Source of the DNA: Epithemia pelagica
Taxonomy: Eukaryota > Protista > Bacillariophyta
NCBI GenBank assembly: GCA_946965045.2
Contig: OX337233.1
Coordinates: forward strand, 3,100,001-3,164,000
Length of the DNA stretch: 64,000 nt
Reading direction: 5' to 3'
Shown piece by piece: positions 13,801 to 26,841 of the stretch. The translations under genes were made by a program, and so were the position numbers. Positions within the stretch are counted from its first letter, which is position 1. The number at the start of each line of letters is the position of its first letter. Below the pieces are notes generated by a model. It did not search any database. It saw only the letters and a program-made list of their open reading frames with translations, and had not been told where the DNA came from.

Positions 13801-14948
13801 AAAAGCGAGGTAAGGGTGTCTTCGACAGTCAACTTGGTGATAACATGTGGCAGATGCAGGCATGGGATCTGCTCTGTAAAGCATCAGGGATCAAACAAGA
13901 TGACGTGGAGCTACTAAAAAATGGTCAATCTCCAACCATTGTGGCAAGGAAAAAAAGAAGTCAAGTGTATCATAGTCATGAGAATGATGACGAGGACGAT
14001 GAAGAAGATAGATGTAAATTCAAGGGGCGAGGGACAACAATACAAATCCAATTGGTCAGATCTGGACGGACAGAGAGCCCCGTGGTCAAGTGTACTTACA
14101 AGTATATTTCGAAAACAAATACCGGTATGATCCTCCCAAAAGTAATCCTTGACTTTCTGGTGAAACATGCAAGTGCACTCTTCACACAAATGAATATTAT
14201 ACAACAGAATGACACAAGTGATTACATCATGATCCATGGGTGTACAGAGGTCAAATTCAGGGACGAAAACATAGGTGGTATCCGATGTCATCCTAATTAC
14301 CAAAGTGAGGGTCCTTGGAGAGACTGGGTGAAAGCATGGATCCCACGACACCAGCGAACACCATTCACTGACACTGCAACAGGTAATCAGGGAACAGACA
14401 ATATCTTGGTACTCTGTCAGGTTTTATGCTTCATACGCAGACCATGGGAACAACGGGAAAGTGCTGGTCACATGCAAGAACAGGGAAATGATGCTCGTAC
14501 ATCAAGAATCCACCAAGAAAAACCGAGAGATGTCACACATGCTTTACTACGAACCACTTATCGTCGTAGCGACAAGGATAAAGAGAAGTCCTCCGTCCTT
14601 TTCATTCGATGGAGCAAGGCCTTTACCCGGAATTCCCGTGTTCCCGATCTTGTATTGGTTCCTATCACCAATATAGTTGAATTGGTAGGAGTGATCGATG
14701 AAAACCCGGAAATGATCCAACACCGAGATAAGGTACCGGAATACCTGCATTCTGATGCGGAAAGAGAAATATTGCTTGAATATACTTGGAATCACAGGAA
14801 CTATTCCGATATTGTATGGGAGGTACTTCCTGCCAGTAAATGGGCCAATGAGTTCAATGACTCAGCAAGTGATTCGTTGAGAGCAAGATATACATCATCA
14901 TCAGATCCTTCACAAACAACAACAGATCGTAACACTGCTGGATCATGA
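10822..14948 (+). CDS. Plavaka/CMC-type DDE transposase in two overlapping frames (10822-13302 and 13152-14948)
   Basis: Plavaka-like motifs: SYMDKTH...EPV, IMIKGDAKSQDNIAGRY, CCDVLHTLKSG, YPRTSFSAGISNVTKVTANEWVG, then PKYHNLVH...FG...DTESEESNHK (catalytic Glu) in ORF2. The frames differ by -1 and both are open across an A9 run at 13127-13135. Confidence 0.8.
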
Positions 14949-15340
14949 AGGTGTCAGTGAAAGTCGTTCTGTATAACCAATAAGGGGGGGGTGGGGGTGG
15001 GGGGGGTGTGTTTCCAACCACCAACAAAGATCATGGGGGATGTCCGAGTGGTATCCGTAATATTTATTTCAGAGAAGTGGTCCCAATAATATACTCCCCA
15101 ACATGTCGGAGTGGTATTCCGTTTATTAAAAAGAGTGACACGTGATGAGGGATAGTATGAGATAGATGTCCATGTGGTACCCACAAACGGCAGCCGACCC
15201 ATTATTCTTCATAAAAAAACAAATACATCTTAGTAGATGTCTCGTCTCTTCTTTTTCTTGAATGTGATAGGTTCATTCTGTTTGATCATCAAGTAATCAT
15301 TTTTACACAAGCGGTGAGATAATACTCTCTAGCTTACGCA

Positions 15341-16612
15341 ATGTTGAGCAATCCATACAAAAAACCACGCACCATGATGAACCCATACAACAAACGCCGA
15401 AAACCACAAAGTACCAAACCACAAAACAAGGGGGTACTTAGTGAAAGCCGTGGAAACAATCTTCATCCAGAAGAAACCCAGTTCCAAAATGACGACGACA
15501 TCACATTTCTCGAGGATTTATTTCAATGGAGAGAAGAGAAATTCCAGAAAGAGAATAAAGGACATCACAAAAATAACAACAGCAACCACGTCGGTGAATT
15601 GGTACCACGAGTAGTAGATGACAGCTCTCCTGAACCAGGTATATCCGTCGAAGGGCATCACGAGAAAACAGAGCCTCCAAAGAAAACAGAGACTCCTGGT
15701 AACGTTGTTGTACCACCATCCATTCCCGATACAACTATCGTTCCTCATACTAATCCCAAGAAAACGGTCATTCGCAATCCATATGCGGTCAAAAGCCGTA
15801 TCATTGACCCCTCTGTGGTCACTGCGAAATTTAAGACAATACCATTGGCTCCAGAATCACCGAGTTATTCTGATCGAGTTGGTGACCGAGATGCAGACTT
15901 TCACCCTGAAGTGGTTAAGTTCACCAGACTTGCCAACGAGGTATTGGGTTCTACAGAGAATATAGCAGATGCCATTTGTCCAGTTTGTTTGTTTCAAGAT
16001 AACCCAACAACCGATTGGTATTTAACAGGAAAATTCTGGCATCCTTTTGGTACTACTCACCGGTGCCGTGACCATTGTTACGGTTGTGGGGTACATTGTG
16101 ATGTATGCGAAACAGGTGGCAATGAATACAAATGCCGACAATGCATTTTCGACCACGATGGGAAACTCCATGATAAACTTGTGGATCGCACATGTACTTA
16201 TATTCCAATCGTATGTAAGGGTTGCCTCCGACCATGCAATTCAAATGGAGAATGTGTCAGTATTCGGGTCTGTTGGAAGTCCAACAATAAATATTTCATA
16301 TGGCGTTTCTGTATGATCGTTCGAAGAGCCTTACTCTTGAATCAATACAGGCCTGACTTGACTTCTGGGGTAGGAGGGATACCCCGATACACACAGGTAG
16401 TCACAGTCAAAGCAGTTCAACAGATGTACAAGGACCTCCGGTACCCCAATGAATCATCACAATTCTCTAGCCCCTTCATACACATGGGAACAGAGGTCGA
16501 GTGGACAAAATGGTTGGTATCAACGTGCTTCGGTCCCTTTTTCAATTACATGGTGTTATTCCGATACTGTTTCCAAGCCATCATGAACCTCAAAGAGAAT
16601 ACCGCGACTTAA
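15341..16612 (+). CDS. Cys/His-rich cargo protein A of unknown function (423 aa)
   Basis: Intact ATG ORF with many CxxC pairs (CPVC, CYGC, CDVC, CRQC, CKGC). Paralogous to the ORF at 23937. Confidence 0.65.
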   Translation: MLSNPYKKPRTMMNPYNKRRKPQSTKPQNKGVLSESRGNNLHPEETQFQNDDDITFLEDLFQWREEKFQKENKGHHKNNNSNHVGELVPRVVDDSSPEPGISVEGHHEKTEPPKKTETPGNVVVPPSIPDTTIVPHTNPKKTVIRNPYAVKSRIIDPSVVTAKFKTIPLAPESPSYSDRVGDRDADFHPEVVKFTRLANEVLGSTENIADAICPVCLFQDNPTTDWYLTGKFWHPFGTTHRCRDHCYGCGVHCDVCETGGNEYKCRQCIFDHDGKLHDKLVDRTCTYIPIVCKGCLRPCNSNGECVSIRVCWKSNNKYFIWRFCMIVRRALLLNQYRPDLTSGVGGIPRYTQVVTVKAVQQMYKDLRYPNESSQFSSPFIHMGTEVEWTKWLVSTCFGPFFNYMVLFRYCFQAIMNLKENTAT

Positions 16613-16616
16613 ATTA

Positions 16617-19600
16617 AACAGACGTCGATGACCCAAACTTTCATGGACATGGAGCAAAGACACCCTTCTATAACTTGAATCGCTCTAAATTTCAATAGAG
16701 ACACTTGGGGTATCGTAGGAATGGACGTCATAGACACGTTACTCGTGTATCGCAGACCAAAAGTCTTGTTGTAGACCATACCGGTGTCGTGTTGTCGATG
16801 TCCCAAACTTCCATGGACATGGAGCAAAGACACCCTTCTATAACTTGAATCACTCCAAATATTGGTAGAGACACTTGGGGTATCACAGGAATGGACGTCA
16901 TAGGCTCTGAACTCGTCTAACATGGACCAAAAGTCCTGTTATAGACTTTACCAATGTCGCGTTGTCAATGTCCCAAACTTCCATGGACATGGAACAAAGA
17001 CACCCTTCTATAACTTGAATCGCTCCCAATTTCGCTAGAGACACTTGGGGTATCATAGGCATGAATGTCATAGGCTCTGAACTCGTCTATCGCGGACCAA
17101 AAGTCTTGTTGTAGACCATATCGGTGTGGCGTTGTCGTTGTACCAAATTACCATGGACATGGAGCAAAGACACCCATCTATAACTTGAATCGCTCCAAAT
17201 ATTGGTAGAGACACTTGGGGTATCATAGGCATGGATATCATAGGCTCTGAACTCGTCTATCACAGACCAAAAGTCTTGTTGTCGACCATACTGGTGTCGC
17301 GTTGTCGATGTCCCAAACTTCCATGGACATGGAGCAAAGACACCCTTCTATCACTTGAATCGCTCCAAATATTGGTAGAGACACTTGGGGTATCATAGGC
17401 ATGGATGTCATAGGCTCTGAACTCGTCTATCGCAGACCAAAAGTCTTGTTGTAGACCATATCGGTGTGGCGTTGTCGTTGTACCAAATTACCATGGACAT
17501 GGAGCAAAGACACCCTTCTATAATTTGAATCACTCCAAATTTCGGTAGAGACACTTGGGGTATTATAGGAATGGATGTCATAGGCTCTGAACTCGTCTAT
17601 CAAGGACCAAAAGTCTTATTGTAGACCATACTGGTGTGGCGTTGTCAATGTCCCAAACTTTCATGGACATGGAGCAAAGACACCCTTCTATAACTTGAAT
17701 CGCTCCAAATTTCAATAGAGACACTTGGGGTATCATAGGAATGGATGTCATAGTCTTTGATCTCGTCTATCGCAGACCAACAGTCTTGTTGTAGACCATA
17801 CCAGTGTCGTGTTGTCGATGTCCCAAACTTCCATGGACATGGGGCAAAGACACCCCTCTATAACTTAAATTGCTCCAAATATTGGTAGAGACACTTGGGG
17901 TATCATAGGCATGGATATCATAGGCTCTGAACTCGTCTATCGCGGACCAAAAGTCTTGTTGTAGACCATACCGGTGTGGCGTTGTCGTTGTAACAAATTA
18001 CCATGGACATGGAGCAAAGACACCCTTCTATAACTTGAATCGCTCCAGATTTCGGTAGAGACACTTGGGGTATCATAGGAATGGATGTCATAGGCTCTGA
18101 ACTAGTGTATCGCGGACCAAAAGTCTTGTTGTAGACCATACCAGTCTTGCGTTGTCGATGTCCCACACTTCCATGGACATGGAGCAAAGACACCCTTCTA
18201 TAACTTGAATCGCTCCAAATATTGGTAGAGACACTTGGGGTATCATAGGCATGGATATCATAGGCTCTGAACTCGCGTATCGTAGACCAAAAGTCTTGTT
18301 GTAGACCATACCAGTGTCGCGTTGTCGATGTCCCAAACTTCCATGGACATGGAGCAAAGACACCCTTCTATAACTCGAATCGCTCCAAATATTGGTAGAG
18401 ACACTTGGGGTATCATAGGCATGGATGTCATAGGCTCTGAACTCGTGTATCGCGGACCAAAAGTCTTGTTGTAGACCATACCAGTGTCGTGTTGTCGATG
18501 TCCCAAATTACCATGGACATGGAGCAGAGACACCCTTTCTGAACTCGTGTATCGCAGACCAAAAGTCTTGTTGTAGACCATACCAGTGTCGCGTTGTCGA
18601 TGTCCCAAACTTCCATGGACATGGAGCAAAGACACCCTTCTATCACTTAAATCGCTCCAAATATTGGTAGAGACACTTGGGGTATCATAGGCATGGATGT
18701 CATAGGCTCTGAACTGGTGTATCGTAGACCAAAAGTCTTCTTGTAGACCATACCGGTGTCGTGTTGTCGATGTCCCAAACTTCCATGGACATGGAGCAAA
18801 GACACCCTTCTATAACTTGAATCGCTCCAAATATTGGTAGAGACACTTGGGGTATCATAGGCATGGATGTCATAGGCTCTGAACTGGTGTATCGTAGACC
18901 AAAAGTCTTCTTGTAGACCATACCGGTGTCGTGTTGTCGATGTCCCAAACTTCCATGGACATGGGGCAAAGACACCCCTCTATAACTTAAATCGCTCCAA
19001 ATTTTGGTAGAGACACTTGGGGTATCATAGGCATGGATATCATAGGCTCTGAACTCGTCTATCGCGGACCAAAAGTCTTGTTGTAGACCATACCGGTGTG
19101 GCGTTGTCCATGTCCCAAACTTCCATGGACATGGAGCAAAGACACCCTTCTATCACTTAAATCGCTCCAAATATTGGTAGAGACACTTGGGGTATCATAG
19201 GCATGGATGTCATAGGCTCTGAACTCGCGTATCGTAGACCAAAAGTCTTCTTGTAGACCATACCAGTGTCGTGTTGTCCATGTCCCAAACTTCCATGGAC
19301 ATGGAGCAAAGACACCCTTCTATCACTTAAATCGCTCCAAATATTGGTAGAGACACTTGGGGTATCATAGGCATGGACGTCATAGGCTCTGAACTCGTGT
19401 ATCGCAGACCAAAAGTCTTGTTGTAGACCATACCGGTCTTGCGTTGTCGTTGTACCAAATTACCATGGACATGGAGCAAAGACACCCTTCTATAACTTGA
19501 ATCGCTCCCAATTTTGGTAGAGACACTTGGGGTATCATAGGAATGGACGTCATAGGCGCTGAACTCGTGTATCGCGGACCAAAAGTCTTGTTGTAGACCA

Positions 19601-22600
19601 TACCGATGTGGCGTTGTCAATGTCCCAAACTTCCATGGACATGGAGCAAAGACACCCTTCTATAACTTGAATCGCTCCAAATAATGGTAGAGACACTTGG
19701 GGTATCATAGGCATGAATGTCATAAGCTCTGAACTCGTCTATCGCGGACCAAAAGTCTTGTTGTAGACCATACCGGTGTCGCGTTGTCCATGTCCCAAAC
19801 TTCCATGGACATGGGGCAAAGACACCCCTCTATAACTTAAATCGCTCCAAATTTTGGTAGAGACACTTGGGGTATCATAGGCATGGATATCATAGGCTCT
19901 GAACTCGTCTATCGCGGACCAAAAGTCTTGTTGTAGACCATACCGGTGTGGCGTTGTCCATGTCCCAAACTTCCATGGACATGGAGCAAAGACACCCTTC
20001 TATCACTTAAATCGCTCCAAATATTGGTAGAGACACTTGGGGTATCATAGGCATGGATGTCATAGGCTCTGAACTGGTGTATCGTAGACCAAAAGTCTTC
20101 TTGTAGACCATACCGGTGTCGTGTTGTCGATGTCCCAAACTTCCATGGACATGGAGCAAAGACACCCTTCTATAACTTGAATCGCTCCAAATATTGGTAG
20201 AGACACTTGGGGTATCATAGGCATGGACGTCATAGGCTCTGAACTCGTGTATCGCAGACCAAAAGTCTTGTTGTAGACCATACCGGTCTTGCGTTGTCGA
20301 TGTCCCAAACTTCCATGGACATGGAGCAAAGACACCCTTCTATTACTTGAATCACTCCAAATATTGGTAGAGACACTTGGGGTATCATAGGCATGGATGT
20401 CATAGGCTCTGAACTCGTCTATCGTGGACCAAAGGTCTTGTTGTAGACCATACCAGTGTCGCGTTGTAGATGTACCAAACTTCCATGGACATGGAGCAAA
20501 GACACCCTTCTATTACTTGAATCACTCCAAATATTGGTAGAGACACTTGGGGTATCATAGGCATGGATGTCATAGGCTCTGAACTCGTCTATCGTGGACC
20601 AAAGGTCTTGTTGTAGACCATACCAGTGTCGCGTTGTAGATGTACCAAACTTCCATGGACATGGAGCAAAGACACCCTTCTATAACTTGAATCGCTCCAA
20701 ATAATGGTAGAGACACTTGGGGTATCATAGGCATGAATGTCATAAGCTCTGAACTCGTCTATCGCGGACCAAAAGTCTTGTTGTAGACCATACCGGTGTC
20801 GCGTTGTCCATGTCCCAAACTTCCATGGACATGGGGCAAAGACACCCCTCTATAACTTAAATCGCTCCAAATTTTGGTAGAGACACTTGGGGTATCATAG
20901 GCATGGATATCATAGGCTCTGAACTCGTCTATCGCGGACCAAAAGTCTTGTTGTAGACCATACCGGTGTGGCGTTGTCCATGTCCCAAACTTCCATGGAC
21001 ATGGAGCAAAGACACCCTTCTATCACTTAAATCGCTCCAAATATTGGTAGAGACACTTGGGGTATCATAGGCATGGATGTCATAGGCTCTGAACTCGCGT
21101 ATCGTAGACCAAAAGTCTTCTTGTAGACCATACCAGTGTCGTGTTGTCCATGTCCCAAACTTCCATGGACATGGAGCAAAGACACCCTTCTATCACTTAA
21201 ATCGCTCCAAATATTGGTAGAGACACTTGGGGTATCATAGGCATGGACGTCATAGGCTCTGAACTCGTGTATCGCAGACCAAAAGTCTTGTTGTAGACCA
21301 TACCGGTCTTGCGTTGTCGTTGTACCAAATTACCATGGACATGGAGCAAAGACACCCTTCTATAACTTGAATCGCTCCCAATTTTGGTAGAGACACTTGG
21401 GGTATCATAGGAATGGACGTCATAGGCGCTGAACTCGTGTATCGCGGACCAAAAGTCTTGTTGTAGACCATACCGATGTGGCGTTGTCAATGTCCCAAAC
21501 TTCCATGGACATGGAGCAAAGACACCCTTCTATTACTTGAATCACTCCAAATATTGGTAGCGACACTTGGGGTATCATAGGCATGGATGTCATAGGCTCT
21601 GAACTCGTCTATCGTGGACCAAAGGTCTTGTTGTAGACCATACCAGTGTCGCGTTGTAGATGTACCAAACTTCCATGGACATGGAGCAAAGACACCCTTC
21701 TATAACTTGAATCGCTCCAAATAATGGTAGAGACACTTGGGGTATCATAGGCATGAATGTCATAGGCTCTGAACTCGTCTATCGCGGACCAAAAGTCTTG
21801 TTGTAGACCATACCGGTGCCGTGTTGTCCATGTCCCAAACTTCCATGGACATGGGGCAAAGACACCCCTCTTTAACTTGAATCGCTCCAAATATTGGTAG
21901 AGACACTTGGGGTATCATAGGCATGGATATCATAGGCTCTGAACTCGTCTATCGCGGACCAAAAGTCTTGTTGTAGACCATACCGGTGTGGCGTTGTCCA
22001 TGTCCCAAACTTCCATGGACATGGAGCAAAGACACCCTTCTATAACTTGAATCGCTCCAAATATTGGTAGAGACACTTGGGGTATCATAGGCATGGATGT
22101 CATAGGCTCTGAACTCGTGTATCGTAGACCAACAGTCTTGTTGTAGACCATACCAGTGTCGTGTTGTCGATGTCCCAAACTTCCATGGACATGGAGCAAA
22201 GACACCCTTCTATAACTTGAATCGCTCCAAATATTGGTAGAGACACTTGGGGTATCATAGGCATGGACGTCATAGGCTCTGAATTCGTGTATCGCAGACC
22301 AAAAGTCTTGTTGTAGACCATACCGGTCTTGCGTTGTCGTTGTACCAAATTACCATGGACATGGAGCAAAGACACCCTTCTATAACTTGAATCGCTCCAA
22401 ATTTCGGTAGAGTTACTTGGGGTATCATAGGCATGGATATCATAGGCTCTGAACTCGTCTATCGCGGACCAAAAGTCTTGTTGTAGACCATACCAGTGTG
22501 GCGTTGTCGTTGTACCAAATTACCATGGACATGGAGCAAAGACACCCTTCTATAACTTGAATCGCTCCAAATTTCGCTAGAGATACTTGGGGTATCATAG

Positions 22601-23740
22601 GCATGGATATCATAGGCTCTGAACTCGTCTATCGCAGACCAACAGTCTTGTTGTAGACCATACCAGTGTCGTGTTGTCGATGTCCCAAACTTCCATGGAC
22701 AAGGAGCAAAGACACCCTTCTATAACTTGAATCGCTCCAAATTTCGGTAGAGACACTTGGGGTATCACAGGAATGGACGTCATAGACTCTGAACTCGTGT
22801 ATCGTAGACCAAAAGTCTTGTTATAGACCATACCAGTGTAGTGTTGTCAATGTCCCAAACTTCCATGGACATGGAGCAAAGACACCCTTCTATAACTTGA
22901 ATCACTCCAAATTTCGGTAGAGACACTTGGGGTATTATAGGAATGGACGTCATAGGCTCTGAACACGTGTACCATGGACCAAAAGTCTTGTTATAGACCA
23001 TACCAGTGTAGTGTTGTCAATGTCCCAAACTTCCATGGACATGGAGCAAAGACACCCTTCTATAACTTGAATCGCTCCAAATTTCAATAGAGACACTTGG
23101 GGTATCATAGGAATGGATGTCATAGTCTTTGATCTCGTCTATCGCGGACCAAAAGTCTCGTTGTAGGCCATATCAGTATCGCGTTTTCGTTGTCTCAACC
23201 TTCCATGAGGGGTATGGAGCAACAACACCCTTCTATGACTTGAAGCGCTCCAAAATTCGGTACAGACACTTGTGGTATCATAGGCATGGACGTCATAGGC
23301 GCTGAACTCGTCTATCATTGACGTAAATTATTGTTGTAGACCACACCGGTGCGGTGTTGTCCTCGTCCCAATCTTCCATAGACTTTTTGGAGCAAAGACA
23401 TTTTTCTTTTCATCTAATCGACCCAGGTCTTGGTACATATCCTCGGGATATCATAGCCATGTGTACCATAGGCTCTGATCTCATGTGCCGTCAAGACAAA
23501 GACTTGCAATAGATTAGATCGGTTTGGTGTTGTCGTCGTGCCAAAATTGTATGGACATGGAGCAAAGAGATCCTTCTCTTCATGGAATCGGTCCAGATTT
23601 TGGAAGAGACCCATAGTGTCTCATTTTTATGGATACCATAGGATCTGATCTCGTGATATGTGACGAGAAAGGCTTGCAATAGACCATACCGATATAGCGT
23701 TGGCCTTGACATTGTCCAAAAATTTCGTACGCTCATTTCA
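16617..23740. repeat. 170-bp satellite array inside the transposon (about 39 conserved monomers plus a few degenerate ones at the right edge)
   Basis: Monomer ...TCCCAAACTTCCATGGACATGGAGCAAAGACACCCTTCTATAACTTGAATCGCTCCAAAT..GGTAGAGACACTTGGGGTATCATAGG... Track ORFs recur every 170 bp (17918, 18088, 18258). One 102-bp truncated monomer lies near 18540. Copies beyond about 23150 diverge progressively. Confidence 0.97.
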
Positions 23741-23936
23741 TCCTCCATTGATTCGTATGACAAAGCAAACAAGACTCAGAAATTCTTAGCATTATTTGAA
23801 TTTTCCCCATAAAAACGATAAGAACTGAGAGATAGTCAGGATCAGTTGTTTTCTCTGAAGTACATCTTCTTCCAACCGCAAACAGAAATCCTCGTACCAT
23901 TACTCTTCAAGAAGACCGTTCGATATCATATGAAAG

Positions 23937-24813
23937 ATGGAAGACTCGTCTTGGTTGAATACTGTTGCAATATGGAATCTCATCTCGAATACACGATTTG
24001 ATGTTGAAACTTCGTTTTGTCTTCGTAGCAGTGATAGGAATGTTGTTCTCACTGAAGATGTTGCAGCGGCAGCCAAAGGAATCAAAAACGAATTCAAGGA
24101 TCTTGTAGACAAGATTATTAATCACGAGGGACGACTTGATGTGATTTCCATTATGAATGGTAATCAAGAGGGATATACAGAAGAGCACCAGTGTCAGATG
24201 GGCACATGGGCAGACAGACCGGAATTCCTTGACGGACCCTTCATCTGGAAACAAAACTTCCTCGAGACATGTCTTGTTTGCGGTAAATTCACCTGTAATC
24301 AACGGGCAACAATATACACATGCAAACATTGTTTCCGTCCTTTACAAGTACCTGGGTCGTCTTCATCTTGTGATACCACTTGTGCAAAGACTCCCTGTAC
24401 TTCATCCATGAACATGTCCTTCGTATGGGAGTTCTGTATGACTTTAAGAGAGGGATTCCAAGCGTGGTTTGACTTCCACAAGTTTGGAAAAAAACAGAAA
24501 GATTCCCTTTTTTGAATATATCCCAGCCGAATTTTGTGGGATCTTGACAAAAACGGTCGGTAAAGTATGGAGAGAAAAATTGGAGCCTTATTACGACGAG
24601 GATACCAAGTAGCGTAGTCCATCTCATTTCATTCACACCGAGAAACAATGGGCATTGTGGCTGATTTCTTCACCACCTGGTTGCTCCTTTTGCAACTATA
24701 TGCCTATTTTTACTGCATGTTATCACATAGCGCTGGAAAATCCAAAGAAACACGCTGCTGGTGTACCACACCAGAGTGCTCATAAGAAGCAAAAGACGTG
24801 GAATGCTCCTTGA
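23937..24813 (+). pseudogene. Cys-rich cargo protein B, disrupted paralog of 15341-16612
   Basis: IYTCKHCFRP...FVWEFCMTLREG matches PIVCKGCLRP...FIWRFCMIVRRA. After a frame change at the T run (24508-24513) it reads ...K*RSPSHFIHTEKQWALWLISSPPGCSFCNYMPIFTAC, matching SPFIHMGTEVEWTKWLVSTCFGPFFNYMVLFRYC. In-frame TAG at 24610. Confidence 0.7.
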
Positions 24814-24852
24814 ATTTGTTTTTCCTTGGTGATGAATGCATCCAGAAAGAAT

Positions 24853-26841
24853 TTATAATGTTCCGCTACGAATGCCTTGAACCGTTTTGGTTATACCGTG
24901 GTCCTCTCTTGTTTTGTTGACAGTTGCATTCATAGACCTGGAACTTACTGCCCAAAACCAACTAATAGTGTGGTTCTTCATGTTCCCATCTGTATGTTGT
25001 CTTTGTGTGTGTATTGACGTTCCATGCCGGATCACACGTCCATCCCATAGAACCGAAACCCCATGAAATAGTTGTATACAAAGACCATGGTATGTAGTAC
25101 CATCATATTCCACCAGAATATTTGGCAAAACAAAGAACCAATTTTGGGAGTCACCTGGGATTGTCTCTGTCCAGATTGCGAATGAAACAGAACCATCGTG
25201 AACATCATAGTGTGTCGTGTTCATGAGGTTCAAACTCAGGGTAATGGCTGAGGTCATACCTCCGACTCTTCCTCCGAATTCACTAGGCATTTCTTCGCCA
25301 GCTGAATCTTCTAGATACCGGAATGTTGGAATCACCCCAGGATATTCGCGTTCACAGAACCTTTTTGCCGCTGTACTTATTTTCGGCAGTATCATCGATA
25401 ATGTCTTGTCCTTTGTAAATAATTTCTCGGAAACGAAAGTAGAACCGTTTCCTCTTGCCGCAGTATTACCAACAGTAGTCATAGATCCTAAGTCTCCCTT
25501 ATTACATCTGGCATTGGCCGCCTTTCTCAGAGACCCAGTACGTGTAAACTCCCTTGCTCTGTGGTGTAATAGGTCCAACAACGTCTGGTCCTTCCGTAAC
25601 AGGGATGTCACTCGAATGTAACTAAGTGACTCTGGTCTCCCATCATTTCGGCGTGTCTGAACAATGAAAGTAATGTTTCCCCGAATACGATGGTCGTATA
25701 CCAGTGGCCTTGGGTGTGTACCGGACGACATTTGCAACCATAGGTTTCGATGCAAAGCACCACTAACATATCTCCGACTCCCTTTCTTATCTGAGTCATT
25801 CCTGTTTATAATCAGCCTTGTTCGATATTGTTCCCGTGACATGTGATGTGTCATCGACTGTTTATTCCCTGGCTTTTCGATCTTTCCCTTGTCATCGAGG
25901 TACACGTCAGGAGGTAAAAGTGGGCTCCCATTCTCCACATCGGACCATTGGTAACATTCCTTCACAGTTTTGTCATTATTAGTAAGTTGTTCACCCCAAT
26001 CTAGACTCCAACAACGATGAATCTTTTTCAAGAATGCATTACTTGCAGGTTGGCCATCTTTGTGTCGCAGACGTAACCAAGACAATGGTAGTGGGACTGA
26101 TGACGATGTGATGTTGGACGACCTTGATAGTTCTTGAAATTGACGCACACATGTATAAAAAACCCCAGCCAAAGGGAAGAGGATAATGATATCTCTGAAG
26201 AGGTGATCATTTTCGTCAAGACATAAATTTTTGTTAGTCCGAATCATCATGACAGGATCTTCGAATATAGAGGACGACACATGTGTTGTCTTTTTCCTGA
26301 TTTCTCTATATCTTGTCCTCGACAAAGTACATTCCAATATGAATGCATTGTGGATCGTTTTAGTTACAAGACCCACCGGGATTTGAGTAACAATCATAGG
26401 ACAACATTCTGGTATAATGTTCGAATGACTGACAACGTCATCTCTTGTCTCCACAACATCATCCATAGCCTTGTTGTATATTTCTGGGATACGTGCAAAG
26501 ACACTCGGGATATCTTTCATATCGACCTTCCGTTGTATCATCTCCTTTTCGAACGACAAACCAAAACAATCTTGATCGTCGTAACTTCCAAAGCAACGCT
26601 GCAGTAGATGCGATAGCATCCTTATTCGATCGATGTCCTTGTCCAAGACAAAGTAGCACATTCTTTCGTGTGCACTTTCGTTCCGATGCGACATGGCGAC
26701 CACTGTTTCACTTATACGTTGCGTTTTCTTCTTTTCGTACTTGGCATAGGTCTCCTGTGTACATGTGAGTCTCGAAATCGTCTGATCCGATGCCATATCT
26801 TCGAAAGTGGGACGAATATGTTTCTTCTTTATGGATGTCAC
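24853..26841 (-). CDS. TET/JBP-like 2OG-Fe(II) dioxygenase (cargo of the inner element)
   Basis: C-terminal double-stranded beta-helix signature: KGDLGSM..G, N-T-T-H-Y-D-V-H-D (HxD), WFFVLPN, LFHGVSVLWDGRVIRHGTS (distal His). The track ORF starts at GTG; first ATG at 26796. Confidence 0.75.
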   Translation of the reverse strand: MTSIKKKHIRPTFEDMASDQTISRLTCTQETYAKYEKKKTQRISETVVAMSHRNESAHERMCYFVLDKDIDRIRMLSHLLQRCFGSYDDQDCFGLSFEKEMIQRKVDMKDIPSVFARIPEIYNKAMDDVVETRDDVVSHSNIIPECCPMIVTQIPVGLVTKTIHNAFILECTLSRTRYREIRKKTTHVSSSIFEDPVMMIRTNKNLCLDENDHLFRDIIILFPLAGVFYTCVRQFQELSRSSNITSSSVPLPLSWLRLRHKDGQPASNAFLKKIHRCWSLDWGEQLTNNDKTVKECYQWSDVENGSPLLPPDVYLDDKGKIEKPGNKQSMTHHMSREQYRTRLIINRNDSDKKGSRRYVSGALHRNLWLQMSSGTHPRPLVYDHRIRGNITFIVQTRRNDGRPESLSYIRVTSLLRKDQTLLDLLHHRAREFTRTGSLRKAANARCNKGDLGSMTTVGNTAARGNGSTFVSEKLFTKDKTLSMILPKISTAAKRFCEREYPGVIPTFRYLEDSAGEEMPSEFGGRVGGMTSAITLSLNLMNTTHYDVHDGSVSFAIWTETIPGDSQNWFFVLPNILVEYDGTTYHGLCIQLFHGVSVLWDGRVIRHGTSIHTQRQHTDGNMKNHTISWFWAVSSRSMNATVNKTREDHGITKTVQGIRSGTL

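Noticed and set aside
16617-23740. CRISPR array
   Set aside because: Whole 170-bp monomers are repeated with no unique spacers, there are no cas genes, and the context is eukaryotic.
16609-23772. The many 70-125-aa ORFs in the satellite as genes
   Set aside because: The 170-bp period is not a multiple of 3. The ORFs are frame-rotating by-products with recurrent stops.
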